Program-made: the position numbers and the translations under genes | From: Octopus sinensis | Taxonomy: Eukaryota | Reading direction: 5' to 3' | Length of the DNA: 57,576 nt | NCBI RefSeq assembly: GCF_006345805.1 | Contig: NW_021834819.1 | Coordinates: forward strand, 1-57,576 | In this document: positions 41,011 to 54,519 of the stretch, piece after piece | Layout of the letters: each line of letters opens with the position of its first letter | How positions within the stretch are numbered: position 1 is the first letter of the stretch | The notes under the pieces: model-generated | The model's database searches: none | The model's input: the letters and a program-made list of their open reading frames with translations, nothing else | What the model was told of the DNA's origin: nothing

Positions 41011-41423
41011 ATGTAATAAGATATAACATATGAATAATTATAAATATACGTGTGTTCGTGTGTGTATATGTGTATGTGGTTGTCTGTGCGTGCGTATGCG
41101 TGTGTTAATGTAAATTGTTATTTATTGTCTAAGAGGTCACGGTTCTGTCTGATATCCATCTGGTGTCGATCGGTTCACAATAAGTTCATAAGTTTCACAG
41201 CCAAAAGAAAAGGCTAAAATTATCTATGAATATGGCTGAAACATTGAAGTGTGTTGACAGACTTTCAGTTTCCCCATGAGAGTATTAACAGTTCGCATCA
41301 ACCGTTTTACTGCATCTTTGCCAAAATTTTTTCAATCAAAATTTTCCGTTTTACAAAACTTTAGATGGGAACCATGTTCAAATACTATTTAACGTTGCCA
41401 GAATCTCAACTTGCCAATCCTAA

Positions 41424-41838
41424 ATCTATTTCTTTATTACCCACAAGGGGCTATACACAGAGGGGACAAACAACGACAGACATAGGTATTAAGTCGATGA
41501 GATCGACCCCAGTGCGTAACTGGTACTTAATTTATCGACCCCCGAAAGGATGAAAGGCAAAGTCGACCTCGGCGGAATTTGAACTCACAACGTAACGCAG
41601 ACGAAATACCTATTTCTTTATTACCCACAAGGGGTCAAACACAGAGGGGACAAACAAGGACAGACAAACGGATTAAGTCGATTACATCGACCCCAGTGCG
41701 TAACTGGTACTTAATTTATCGACCCCGAAAGGATGGAAGGCAAAGTCGACCTCGGCGGAATTTGAACTCAGAACGTAACGGCAGACGATTTACCGCTAAG
41801 CATTTCGCCCGGCGTGCTAACGTTTCTGCCAGCTCGCT
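41424..41838 (-). mobile_element. SINE C doublet
   Basis: Two head-to-tail units. Confidence 0.88.
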
Positions 41839-41899
41839 ATGAAAAAATACCGTTATACAAAGGGAAATTACTGTGTTATAACTCTGCTTGCCTGCGTAC

Positions 41900-42673
41900 T
41901 TATACATCGCTCGCATTTTTCGCCATAAAAATTATATAAAAACAATACAAAAAAATATATAAAAACATATAAAAATATATAAATGTATGATAGAAGGTGT
42001 GATGAGGAAAAAAACCTTCTTGGACATAACATAGAAAGTATGTTCTATCTTTTTCTTTAGGGGACCAAAAACGTAACAGAAATTTAGTCACATGTGGGCA
42101 TGATCCGAAAAGTTCTGTCCTTGTGTTTAGACATGTAGTAGGGTCTAAGCTGCTTTTCCAGATAAGCCATCTCTCCATGTCGCATAGACCGTACCTTCCG
42201 CTGCCGTTGGTATAGGGCTTACATCTGGCCAAAATATTCCAATGTATGTTATAATCGACACCTTTATCTCTTAAAGACCAAATATGATTAGATAATTGTG
42301 TCGCTTTTCTTTTGTTCCAGTGCCTAAAGCTCAAAGTGTGGTTATTGAACCTGGCCTTGAAGTTATCCTCTGTAAGGCCCACGTATTTCTTCGTCGAAAC
42401 GGTGTCTTTAGTGGTTATAGAGTCTACGGTAGCTTCATATATGATGGTCTTGGACATGCAAGCTCCATTTAGCGGGCAAAATTCTTTATTCCTGCATGAA
42501 CAGCTGTTTTCTTGTGTTTTTTGTATGTTATGTTTGATTATGTTTTTAAAATTGGTAGTGGAACTAAAACTAATTTTTAAATTGTGTCTATTGAAGAGTT
42601 TCCTATAAGTATGGTTAACTGGAAAATTTCTATCTATCAGTGCTAGGAAATATTTACCTATATTGAAGGCCAC
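41900..42673 (-). pseudogene. 5'-truncated Penelope-like retroelement ORF: C-terminal GIY-YIG endonuclease (homology ends ~42074; the rest is likely read-through)
   Basis: CSCRNKEFCPLNGAC cysteine linker, IIYEATV...KYVGLTEDNFKARFNNH (GIY/YIG and catalytic R), LCDMER (E), CLNTR (N), CPH. No RT domain present. Confidence 0.85.
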
Positions 42674-42755
42674 CTCGGGTGAGTATTTACATAATATTCC
42701 TCTATTTACATAATATTGAGGTCTCTTTCTTTCTTTTGTTATCTTACCATTTTAG

Positions 42756-42798
<43 letters not shown>

Positions 42799-42804
42799 TA
42801 AATA

Positions 42805-43005
42805 AATATGTTACATTACTCGATAGTCAAGATAAAACTCTGAGTTCAGATGCCGAAGTGGGAATCCACGCCGCCATCTCTTCGGTTATCTGGCTCGGTT
42901 ATCTGGCTAGATAGCCAGATAACCGAAGAGATGGCGGCGTGGATTCCCACTTCGGCATCTGAAACTCACAGTTTTATCTTGACTATCGAGTAATGTAACA
43001 TATTA
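42805..43005. repeat. ~90-bp-arm palindrome, each arm carrying a hammerhead-like motif (plus-strand copy 42918-42978)
   Basis: Arms 42805-42895 and 42913-43005 with a 13-bp duplication at the centre. GAUAA CCGAAGA GAUG...CAUC U GAAA CUCA(C/G)AGU U|UUAUC. Confidence 0.8.
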
Positions 43006-43077
43006 TTTATAGATAAATTTCCTCTATTTACATATTATTGAGGTCTCTTTTCTTTCTTTCTTATCTTACCGTTTTTA

Positions 43078-43116
<39 letters not shown>

Positions 43117-43670
43117 TATATATATATATATTATAAGGATAAGTATATTAAAAGGGGTCTGTGGGGAAACTCATTTAAATAAACGGGGTCCTCGGTAGTG
43201 AAAATGTTGGGATTCTTTGTTTTAAAAGATAACAATAACATTCTTATATATATTTAAATATAAAAATAAATAAACATTGATAAATTGATATTAGTAACTG
43301 TAACTATATGTTTGTATGTCTGTTTGTCAGATACATGCGTTTCTATGTGTATATTGTATTTGTGTAAGTTATATGTGTATAGATTTGTGTAAGGTGTTTG
43401 AAGATTAATCATTTTAGCGAAATGTAAATGATTGATCACCGTTCACTATTTATTTCTAGTTAAGGAGGAAGGAAATATATGGGAAGGGGTGGAGAAGATA
43501 TATCGATTTGCGTAAGTTGCGTTCTTGAATATGTCTCAAGTCCTTGGCATCTGTTAAATAACTGCTTAAATATTCCAAGAAAGGGCTGCCAGCGGCACTT
43601 ATAAATTCTCTTTACAATCAATATGATGACACTTATATAAGTGTTTGCGTGTTTGTGTATGTTAGACATA

Positions 43671-44024
43671 GTGAAGGCGCAATGGCCCAGTGGTTAGGGC
43701 AGCGGACTCGCGGTCATAGGATCGCGGTTTCGATTCCCAGACCGGGCGTTGTGAGTGTTTATTGAGCGAAAACACCTAAGAAGCTCCACGAGGCTCCGGC
43801 AGGGGATGGTGGTGATCCCTGCTGTACTCTTTCACCACAACTTTCTCTCACTCTTACTTCCTGTTTCTGTTGTACCTGTATTTCAAAGGACCGACCTTGT
43901 CATTCTCTGTGTCACGCTGAATATCCCCGAGAACTACGTTAAGGGTGCACGTGTCTGTGGAGTGCTCAGCCACTTACACGTTAATTTCACGAGCAGGCTG
44001 TTCCGTTGATTCGGAGTGCTTCCA
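43671..44024 (+). mobile_element. SINE family A with a short 3' deletion
   Basis: TSD TAGACATA. Deletion between CGGA microhomologies. Confidence 0.88.
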
Positions 44025-44419
44025 ATATAGACATACATAAATTTATACATACACTCAGATACACATGTGTATGTATGTATACATGCATCTGTGTACATAG
44101 TTTTATTTCACGATTTCTTGTCAATAGAGAAAAAGCCGGTTTCTAACCAACATCCAAGGTTCCTTCATTGGAATCTCAACATCAACCGAGTATTTTTGTA
44201 TGTGTGTAAGTATTTGTGCAGATTTGTACATTTTGTTTTATGTATGTCTTTTCAAGCATATACTTGCATATCTAGACATGCTCATATCAAATGATAAACT
44301 TCTGGAAAGTTTTACAAATTTTTACAGTTCAGAGATCTGTAGTCTTCGAATCAGCTTTCTCATGATCCTAACTTCTTTAGTGTTTGTATATCTTATGTTT
44401 TACCTGTTTCACCCATTAT

Positions 44420-44870
<451 letters not shown>

Positions 44871-45773
44871 GTCTACGTATATAATATGTTTCATTTAATT
44901 TCCACTTTTTAATTTCCAGACGCCGAATATAATAAATGCTTTGTTAAAGTGTGCATCTTAGGGTTTTTAATGTATTGAATTCTTCTCGTTATTACATCTT
45001 AATAAGGTGGCAATCTGGTAGAATCGTTAGCGCGCCGGGCAAGACTCTGAAGTAATTGGATCTCCGTTGGTTTCGACGACGAGCATTCAGTTCAATCAAA
45101 TGAATTATTTTCTCATTGTATAAAAGAGTCACTGACTATTTAACGGCTACAATTCATCCGACTGGCTTCCGCAGTTTTCACCTGCCCACTTACACTCATA
45201 AGGCTTAGGTTGATTCGAGGCAATGACAGATTATAGTTTCCCAATATGGCATGCTGTGGGATCGAACCTGGCATCTTGTGGTTGCGAAGGGAATGTCTTA
45301 ACCATTCGGCCATATTGCACCCATGACGGCCTGCAGCACATTTTCTGTTTACTAAATTTCATTTAGAAAGTTTTCGCTGACCCGAGGCTGTAGTAAGACC
45401 ACTTGCTCAATGGATCGCAAAATTGAATTGAATCAGAGACTAGGAAGTTGCGAAGCGAAATTCTTAACCATACAAATATGCCTTTACTCATAATTCCCAT
45501 ACTGCAGAGATTTGGTTACTGAGATCGACATCAGAACATTACTGATAGCTATGGAATACCTATTTGGTCGCTAGACCTCTAGAAACACCAGTCGAATTTC
45601 CTTCAAATAACATTCAACTGTGTTTTAAAAAAATGCATAGACTATTTACCAACTGATCCACTGACACATTCCACAATGCAGTCTTAGATACCTCTAGATA
45701 GGAGAGATAGTCACGGTCGGATCGACATTTATTACAGTTTACCCCGACTAGGCTCCACTTGAGAATAAACGAA

Positions 45774-46241
45774 TTGGACCTTTTCGGTTTGAACGGCAGT
45801 TTTTAACATAATTTCTAGGTAACTAAAAAATTTTAAACTTCGTATACTGGTAGAATGTGTTTATAAAACATATTTTTCTCTTGGCTTTATTGAGAAAATT
45901 CTATAGTTTGTAAGATATTTGTTGTTTTTTTCTTCAATTTCTGCAATTTCAAACCAATCACTGACGTCCATTGAGTTAAAAAAAAACATTCTGTGCCGTA
46001 TGAATATGTCCCTCGTTTAAGAAACAGATTGGGTTTATTTACATTTGTGAAGAAAAAAAGATACCCTTCCCTAACCCTAACCATAACTAACCCTAACGCT
46101 AAAATAGATTAAATGCAATAGATCGATACTAGAGTCATAATTATGAGTGACAATTTTAAAGGATTTTGCTATAGCCTCGGTCCCATTAAAGCCTTGTGAA
46201 TGGATTTGGGTAAACGAAGCTGAGAGAAGCCCATCGTGCAT

Positions 46242-46318
<77 letters not shown>

Positions 46319-46449
46319 ATATGTGTGTGTGTGTCTTTGTCACCAACACCGCTTGATAATTGGTGTTGATTTGTTTACTTCTCTGTAATTTAGTGGTTCG
46401 ACAAAATAGACCGATAGAAAAAACTGCCGTTCAAACCGAAAAGATCCAA
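45774..46449. mobile_element. Non-autonomous TIR element carrying an inverted copy of nearby DNA (46161-46419) and CCCTAA-like repeats (46069-46102)
   Basis: 31-bp TIRs with 30/31 match: TTGGACCTTTTCGGTTTGAACGGCAGTTTTT / AAAAACTGCCGTTCAAACCGAAAAGATCCAA. No clear TSD. Confidence 0.8.
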
Positions 46450-46652
46450 CAAATTCAGTAACAACATCAAAAAGTTACGAAGTGAAGCCCGATCAAATGA
46501 AAAGTAATATTGAATGTAGTTAGATTTGAACTCCTGATGAAGAGCACTAAAAGGAAACACATAAGGAATATAGCCTGATACACAACCATCCTCGTCACAT
46601 CGTCTTGTCGAAATGAAAAGGATAATGACTATTGTAACATTACATGCATATA

Positions 46653-47080
46653 GGCGCAGGAGTGGCTGTGTGGTAAGTAGCCCGTCTACCAACCACATGG
46701 TTCCGGGTTCAGTCCCCAATGCGGGGCACCTGGGGCAAGGTCTTCACTAAGCCTCGGGCCGACCAACGCTTGTGAGTGGATTTGGTAGACGGAAACTGAA
46801 AGAAGCCCGTTCGTATATATGTATATATATGTATGTATGCGTGTGTGTGTTTGTGCGTCTGTGGTTGTGCGTCTGTGTGTCCCCATCGCATTGCTTGACA
46901 ACCGATGCTGGTGTTTGTTTATGGCCCCGTCACTTAGCGGTTCGGAAAAAGAGACCGATAGAAAAGTACGGGCTTACAAAAAACGAATATAAGTTCCGGG
47001 CGTCGAGTTGCTCGATTAAAGGCGGTGCTCCAGCATGGCCGCAGTCAAATGACTGAAACAAGTAAAAGAGTAAAAGAGAG
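46653..47080 (+). mobile_element. SINE family B with many small indels
   Basis: Head and (GTAAAAGA)n tail present. Confidence 0.85.
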
Positions 47081-47348
47081 AATATTCATGTATATCATTT
47101 TATCATTTGATTTCGCTTTATTTTTCTTTTCTTCTGTAGAAACCAGAAACACGTGATGTTACGTATGAAGTAACTTTAGTCGTTAGAATATCAAATATCT
47201 CGAACATTTCAATAGATATAATTGTATGCATGTTTCTTTTTTATTATCTCAAGTGTTATTGTAATGTTAAAATGCTTTTCACATGATATATGCAAATATC
47301 TGGGTATAACCGTTGACTAGTATAGATGAATACATATATTAATTGTAT

Positions 47349-47728
47349 GTGGAGGCGCAATGGCCCAGTGGTTAGGGCAGCGGACTCGCGGTCGTAGGAT
47401 CGCGGTTTCGATTCCCAGACCGGGCGTTGTGAGTGTTTATTGAGCGAAAACACCTAAAGCTCAACGAGGCTCCGGCAGGGGTAGGTGGTGATCCCTGCTG
47501 TACTCTTTCACCACAACTTTCTCTCACTCTTACTTCCTGTTTCTGTGTACCTGTATTTCAAAGGGCCGGCCTTGTCACTCTCTGTGTCACGCGGAAATCC
47601 CCGAGAACACGTTAAGGGTACACGTGTCTGTGGAGGCTCAGCCACTTACACGTTAATTCACAAGCAGGCTGTTCCGTTGATTCGGATCAATCGGAACCCA
47701 CGTCGTCGTAACCGACGGAGTGCTTCCA
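47349..47728 (+). mobile_element. SINE family A with many small indels
   Basis: TSD ATTAATTGTATG. Confidence 0.87.
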
Positions 47729-48311
47729 ATTAATTGTATGCATGCATCGTATAGATTAGTTACGTGAAATTAAAAACTTCTCTCTGACAGTCTACTGCAT
47801 ATTCGTTCAAAGAATATAGGATTGTTACAGCTTTAACGGTATTTAGTTTCGTTCCATTACACGCTGAATTCAAATCCTTTTGAAGTCGATTTCGCATTTT
47901 ATTTTTCAATGGTCGATGAAATGGAATCCCAGTCAAATACTGAAATTAGGTTAAGAGATTACATCTTTCCTTGAAACCCGCGACCTTTTGCTTCGCTTAT
48001 AAATCATCTGAGTTTGAACGTGAACCATTTCCAGGCGCTTACTGCCCTCGATTGTCATTCTTTGCAGCTAGTGGAATTCCAGACTTTTCAGTTTATAGAC
48101 TATTATTACATGAATAAGCGGAGATATTTTAAGGATGCTTTGAATGTGCCCAGTTGTCTCTTTCTGGGAATTATGGACCTCTTCCAAAAGCCTTTGGTTG
48201 GGTTGAGTTTCTGGAAATCCTTAACTTTCTGGAATAAATTCTACAGACACAGCTGTGCCTTTAGCCAGAGCTCTGCGGGTTGTATGAAATATAAAGTAAT
48301 TCTTCCATATG

Positions 48312-48822
48312 CAGGGTTCTTCAAAAAGAATGAACCGATTTCATTACGCAATATTTTAATAAGGAAAAGCAATAGAAAACTCCAGCTAAGTCACGAGTAT
48401 TTACTCACAATCAACTTTTATTTTCTGTCTTACAAGTGTCAACGTGGCCACCACCTGCAGCACGGGCAACATCAATGCGATAAGAGAATTCCTCCCAGAT
48501 GCGTATCAGCCTATCTCTGGCTGTCTGGTTGAATGATTTATTCCATTTCCCTTCTATGTCAATATCTTCTGAAATCGCCTCAAGCATAGCAAATTTATTT
48601 TTAATAAACTTGCTTTTGATATGCTGAAACGCGTCTGGGAGGAATTCTCTTATCGCATTGATGTTGCCCGTGCTGCAGGTGGTGGCCACATTTAACACTT
48701 GCAAGACAGGAAATAAAAGTTGATTGTGAGTAAATACTTGTGACTTAGCTGGAGTTTTCTATTGCTTTTCCTTATTAAAATATTGCGTAATGAAATCGGG
48801 TCATTCTTTTTCATTAACCCTG
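48312..48822. mobile_element. Foldback-type non-autonomous Tc1/IS630-like element built from two inverted 3' ends
   Basis: ~200-bp arms (48312-48515 / 48618-48822). Each arm encodes DMLKRVWEEFSYRIDVARAAGGGH, a Tc1-like transposase C-terminus. Terminal CAGGGT, TA at the right end. Confidence 0.85.
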
Positions 48823-49279
48823 TACTTTGCTTAATCGTATCTGATCTTTGAAATTCCATCAAAAAGCTGTTACGGCCTGTAATTCGGATCTGGTCCTCAA
48901 CCGAGTCGGTCACTAAGATCGTCTGCCCCCCAAAACAGATATTTCCTCTCCATCTGGTGACTATGGCAAAATATATAGTGTAATGAACACAAGTGAAAAG
49001 ACAGTGGACAGAGTGTTTTCTTCTCATGCCACGGTTTTAACTTTTCATGCAAAACTTGAAGATGAACTGAGAGAGAAGTATTGCACTCCAGGAAACTTGA
49101 TGAGTGACAATTTTGATGCGACGAAAAGGACCCGTTTTAAATATACAGCTGTAGGCGAGAGACCACAACTAGGAATAGGTATTTACCATAGAGCAATCCG
49201 GGATTTTTAGAATTTCCCTGATTGGTCTTCTTTGGCTGTCTCCCTTTCAAATTTGAGTACAGGGGGGGGGGGCATCAAT

Positions 49280-49452
49280 TTTAAGAGAGGAGCAAGTCGG
49301 TTACATCAACCCCAATATTCAACTTGTACTTATTTTATCGAATCCGAATGGCGAAGTGTAATTTGAACTCAGAACATGAAGACGGACGAAATGTTGTCAA
49401 GCACAAGCACTTTGACCGGTCTGCTAACGATTCTGCCAGCTTGCTGCCTTAA
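49280..49452 (-). mobile_element. Degenerate SINE C variant
   Basis: ATTTGAACTCAGAAC and CTAACGATTCTGCCAGC landmarks. Confidence 0.65.
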
Positions 49453-49726
49453 TATCTTCTCTCTCAACATTTTACAACCTAACCTCCACTGTTAGTATGT
49501 ATGTTTTGTTATGACCCTCGTCTGTTGCCCTCGTAGCAAAACAAAACGATCATGATTTAAAAAAAAAATCTTACATTGTACGTAGAGCGATAGGGTCTAT
49601 GCGGGATGGTGGGTATTCATATTGTGATAGACAATGGAAGGGTTGGCGGTTGTGTATGTATTATCAGGGACTCTGAGAGGTTATGAGAGTTGGTGATCAA
49701 ACCTATAGAGTAAAGTTGATGGTTGT

Positions 49727-50115
49727 GGATGCACTCCGTCGGTTACGACGACGAGGGTTCCGGTTGATCCGATCAACGGAACAGCCTGCTCGTGAAATTA
49801 ACGTGTAAGTGGCTGAGCACTCCGCAGACACGTGTATCCTTAACGTAGTTCTCGGGGATATTCAGCGTGACACAGAGAGGACAAGACCGGCCCTTTGAAA
49901 TACAGGTACAACAGAAACAGGAAGTAAGAGTGAGAGAAAGGTGTGGTGAAAAGAGAAGTACAGCAGGGATCACCACCATCCCCTGCCGGAGCCTCGTGGA
50001 GCTTTTTAGGTGTTTTTCGCTCAATAAACACTCACAACGCCCGGTCTGGGAATCGAAACCGCGATCCTACGACCGCGAGTCCGCTGCCCTAACCACTGGG
50101 CCATTGCGCCTCCAC
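49727..50115 (-). mobile_element. SINE family A, full length
   Basis: TSD TGATGGTTGT. Confidence 0.9.
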
Positions 50116-51075
50116 TGATGGTTGTATATGTAATGTAAAGAATGTGACAATTGGTGACTGTAAATGTAAAGTCAGGGAGTGCAAGGATTGGCGATTGTAC
50201 ATGCTCTCGTTGAAACATCGAGGTTTTGTGACAGTACAATTAGCAGCAGAGACTATGATCGCTGGTGATCGTTGCTGCAGCAACAACCTCGCCTAATGGC
50301 CCTTTAGTTTGAGTTTTATTTGTTTCATTGTGTATTGATTGTATGGATATAGTCTGCCTCCTACATGTGATAATGCGATGTGTGATACATCTACTGCTGT
50401 TATTGTTGTTGTGGTCGTTGTTTCTGTTGATATCATTAGTTGTCATTGAGACGGGTAAAACGATTGTCTTAACGATTTGCATAACAATATCAGATATTGG
50501 ATCTAACTAATGAACACTGAAATTAGCATTATATAGTACGCCAATAGCTTAATCTAAACACATGTGTGTGTGTGTATGTGTGTGTGTGTGTGTGCGTGTA
50601 TGTGTCTGCCTGTCTGTGTGCGCGTGTTCCTGGGTTCATATCAGACGATGTGTGGCTTTAAATGGATATATGCGTCTACATATGTATGCGTTTATAGCAT
50701 AGATGTATGGCAGTACCGGATGCATGCCTACATGGGTTTGCATATGCACATATATGCCTGTATTGTGTTTATGTAGTTGAATTTGTCGTATACGTATGCA
50801 TATCTATGTATCTTTGTGATTTTATCATGTGCAAGAGAAATTTATGCATATATACATGTATATATATATAAATATATATAAATATATATATTCCGAGTTT
50901 CTATGATGTGTAAATATTTTGTGACTGTTTAATGTTAATTTTGTGGCCTAAGAAAATTCTAATTTTATGTTTTACTTTTAATTTTAATTCTAAATTGATA
51001 CGCAACACATAAAACAGAAAAGGGGTTTATTCAGCAAGACTAACATTTATTGTTCTGCGGTCTGCTGCTCTGGTG

Positions 51076-51312
51076 CTCAAAGGCGGTGGGCTGGCAGAAA
51101 CGTTAGCACGCCGGGCGAAATGCGTAGCCGTATTTCGTCTATCGCTACGTTCTGAGTTCAAATTCCGCCGAGGTCGACTTTGCCTTTTATCCTTTCGGGG
51201 TCGATTAAATAAGTACCAGTTACGCACTGGGGTCGATATAATCGACTTAATCCGTTTGTCTGTCCTTGTTTGTCCTCTCTGTGTTTAGCCCCTTGTGGGT
51301 AGTAAAGAAATA
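51076..51312 (+). mobile_element. SINE family C, full length
   Basis: 17-bp TSD GGTCTGCTGCTCTGGTG (51059-51075, 51313-51329). Confidence 0.93.
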
Positions 51313-52200
51313 GGTCTGCTGCTCTGGTGAAAAGGTATCAACCCAACATGTGAGCATGCAATATAGAGTGAACAGTAAAGGAAGGGGACGCGTTAGTTCA
51401 GTTCCAGCAAGTGTGGAGGATTGGTTTTGAGAAGTATTAAAGTTTATAGAAAAAAAAAAAAAAACGGTTTCACTGGAAATTGGAAGTGCATGAACTGAAA
51501 TAGTTTCTTTGGTGAGGAGAATGTGTGGGATGCAATCGTCTTCCCCACACACAACCAGTGATAATGATCGCTGCCATTACATGGAACATAAGAATTACAT
51601 ACTGTGCTGAATTAACCGTTAAGCGCAAAATAAGCGCGTGCTTTGGGGAATCAAGGGAAGCGGGACGCCCCCCCCCCCACAGAAATGGTAAATGGTTTAC
51701 GGCACAAAAGAAATCACTTTAAACTTGCTAAAATAATATTCGAAGTGGTTTATATGATAGGAAACATAATTTTGAAGTGTTCATGGTGTCATAGGAAGGG
51801 TCTGATCAAAGATTTTACAATAAAAAAAAAAATGTAGAAATTTTTTTTAAATATAAATAAATAGGAAGCATGCAAAAACAAACATTATTTTCCATCTTAT
51901 TTTATGGTTTGTTTTAGTTTATATTTTGAATTCCGTATATATGGGAGTACCAAAATCTTTTAAGTGCTTAGGCCATCTATGGGTTTTAATCCGGCCCTGG
52001 TTACCTACAGTTACAAATATATTGTAAAAGAGTTTAGCTGCATCCAAATTTTGTAATAACATAGTGAACGTTCCTGCTTTCAGCGACATACTGTAAGAAT
52101 GGACACCAGATTTAAGACATCTGCCCTCAAACGCAACTTTCATGTTGGCTGATAAATGAAGTTTTTGTTTTCTAGTTTTCGAAGATAGGGTTCTTTAGGA

Positions 52201-52401
52201 CAGTGGTTTTCAACCAGGGTTCCGCCAGTACAGTGCAGGGGTTCCGCAAGAAGTTACAAAACTGCTAAAATCGGCAGTAATTTTTAATTCTCCTGTGCAG
52301 ATATGTGTGCATAAGACTATTAAATTATTGCACAGGGGTTCCTCGAGCCAGTGGAATGTTTCCTTGGGGTTCCGCTCCAGCAAAAAGTTTGAAAAGCTCT
52401 G
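52201..52401 (-). mobile_element. hAT MITE, same family as 9541-9759
   Basis: TIRs, and 8-bp TSD CTTTAGGA/CCTTAGGA (7/8). Confidence 0.9.
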
Positions 52402-52623
52402 CCTTAGGATATGAGCTCAACTCAACAAATGTACCTTTTGGGAGGACTACCGAAGTTTGCCTGACATCTTTCCAGTGTAAATTTTTGATTCTACCTATGT
52501 TAATTGTGTTTCATATGAGATGTTTGCATGATGCAATCGAGAGTCACAAATGCAAGACGGTGAGACAATCTACACACATACTTTCAGAGTACCCTGCCTC
52601 AAAACTTCTGCCTGTCTATACCT

Positions 52624-53038
52624 ATTTCTTTATTACCCACAAGGGGCTAAACATAGAGGGGACAAACAAGGACAGACATAGGTATGTATTAAGTCGATTA
52701 CATCGACCCCAGTGCGTAACTGGTACTTAATTTATCGACCCCGAAAGGATGAAAGGTAAAGTCGACCTCGGCGTAATTTGAGCTCACAACGTAACGGCAG
52801 ACGAAATACCTATTTCTTTACTACCCACAAGGGGCTAAACACAGAGAGGACAAACAAGGACAGACAAACGTATTAAGTCGATTGTATCGACTCCAGTGCG
52901 CAACTGGTACTTAATTTATCGACCCCGAAAGGATGAAAGGTAAAGTCGACCTCGGCGTAATTTGAGCTCACAACGTAACAGCAGACAAAATACCGCTAAG
53001 CATTTCGCCCGACGTGCTAACGTTTCTGCCAGCTCTCC
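52624..53038 (-). mobile_element. SINE C doublet
   Basis: Bracketed by ~14-bp TSD GCCTGTCTATACCT. Confidence 0.9.
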
Positions 53039-53171
53039 GCCTGTCTATACCTTTTACCTATCGGCAAAGGATGTGCGCAGGTACACAAGATTGTTATTAA
53101 GTGCAAAGTTAAGTGGCAGCTTACTAGCAGAACAAGTAGTCCTACAAACTTATCAGACATTTAATGTTACC

Positions 53172-53516
53172 ACACTCTTTATCGACTCTTACAATTTATT
53201 GAACCCACATGCTCATGGAGAACCTCTAGCCTTTCAGTTAACCTCTGCTCCTTTCTTACTTTTCGAAAAATTTTAACTCTATTTCTTATTTTATATTTGT
53301 AGCTATTTTATATTTTATATTTTATATTTTATATTTGTTAGCACACTCTTTATCGTCTCTTACAATTTATTGAACCCACATGCTCATGAAGAACCTCCCG
53401 AATCACCCTAATATACTTGATTTTAACTCTTGTGATTCTAGCCTTTCAGTTAACCTCTGCTCCTTTCTTTCTTTCCGAAAAATTTTTAACTCTATTTCTT
53501 ATTTTATATTTGTAGC
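53172..53516. repeat. Local tandem duplication (~170 bp) with a ~40-bp indel
   Basis: CACACTCTTTATCG...GAACCCACATGCTCATG occurs twice. Confidence 0.85.
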
Positions 53517-54486
53517 TTTCATTAATATAGAAATTAGCTCTGAAATTTGTCTTTCAGCTGATCTATGACGAGCAACTCAGTTATCCAGTCACATCTTGTT
53601 GTGTATGATAGAAGGTGAACACTCCTAGCATGATCAGTTAAAGGACAACACGTGTGCATTTTAGTTGTCCTTCCCAGAGATATTATGTAACTACTTGGCG
53701 AACGAGTGACGAGATTACCACGAGTTCTTGGGACTGTAACATATATATTCTACTCTTCATTGTATACAGAGCTCGATCCTTGTCTTATATCTTTGCGTGT
53801 GTATTTATGTATGTATGGTTAAAATATTTTATTAATATTTTTCTTGATAACCCTGAATTTTATCTTTATAGAATATAACAATATTGTTTAAATCATTCAA
53901 CTATAGTACCCCATGATAAAAATTTCCCCTGTATTATCATCATTGGTTTTATTAGAGTATTGCCCCTTTAACTGGTAATTAACATCTTGATTTAAGACCT
54001 TCCTTTACCAAACCGCATTATAGCCAGCTACTTTATACCACTTCAAAATAATCTTGATGTGTTTTATGACTATACCCACTATGATTTTGTCAATTCCCTC
54101 ATGCCCTTTCCTAATGGACACTGCACTCTAGTCTTAGATTTTGATATATAATGATTTGATAAACAAGACTATAAATCAAAACCGACCCAAAAATCAGTGA
54201 CAAGCTAGAATCCTAACAATTTTCTCATGACGTCTTAGTAGCTTCTAAGCTGAAGTGAAAAGAGCATGGACTTTGTCTGTCTTCTTAGCCTCTTAGAAGA
54301 TTTAAGTAAAATTATACAAATGTGTCCGACCGATTAAATTAATTCCATATATTTATTTATGCAGCTGAGGATATCTCTGCATTTAAATTGATTTAATAAT
54401 TGCATTGTTCAATTAAATGGACCCGCTTGAAACGGTTGTACTGCATCAATTCTGGATATTCTGTTGCTCATTTTGATATATATATA

Positions 54487-54518
<32 letters not shown>

Positions 54519-54519
54519 T

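Noticed and set aside
46653-47728. Excess single-base indels in two otherwise young SINEs
   Set aside because: More likely local low consensus quality in the assembly than biology; cannot be resolved without reads.
48000-49030. 172-aa and 111-aa ORFs and a possible interrupted coding sequence around the foldback element
   Set aside because: The ORFs run through the TIR arms, and rejoining the flanks gives no recognisable protein and contains stops.
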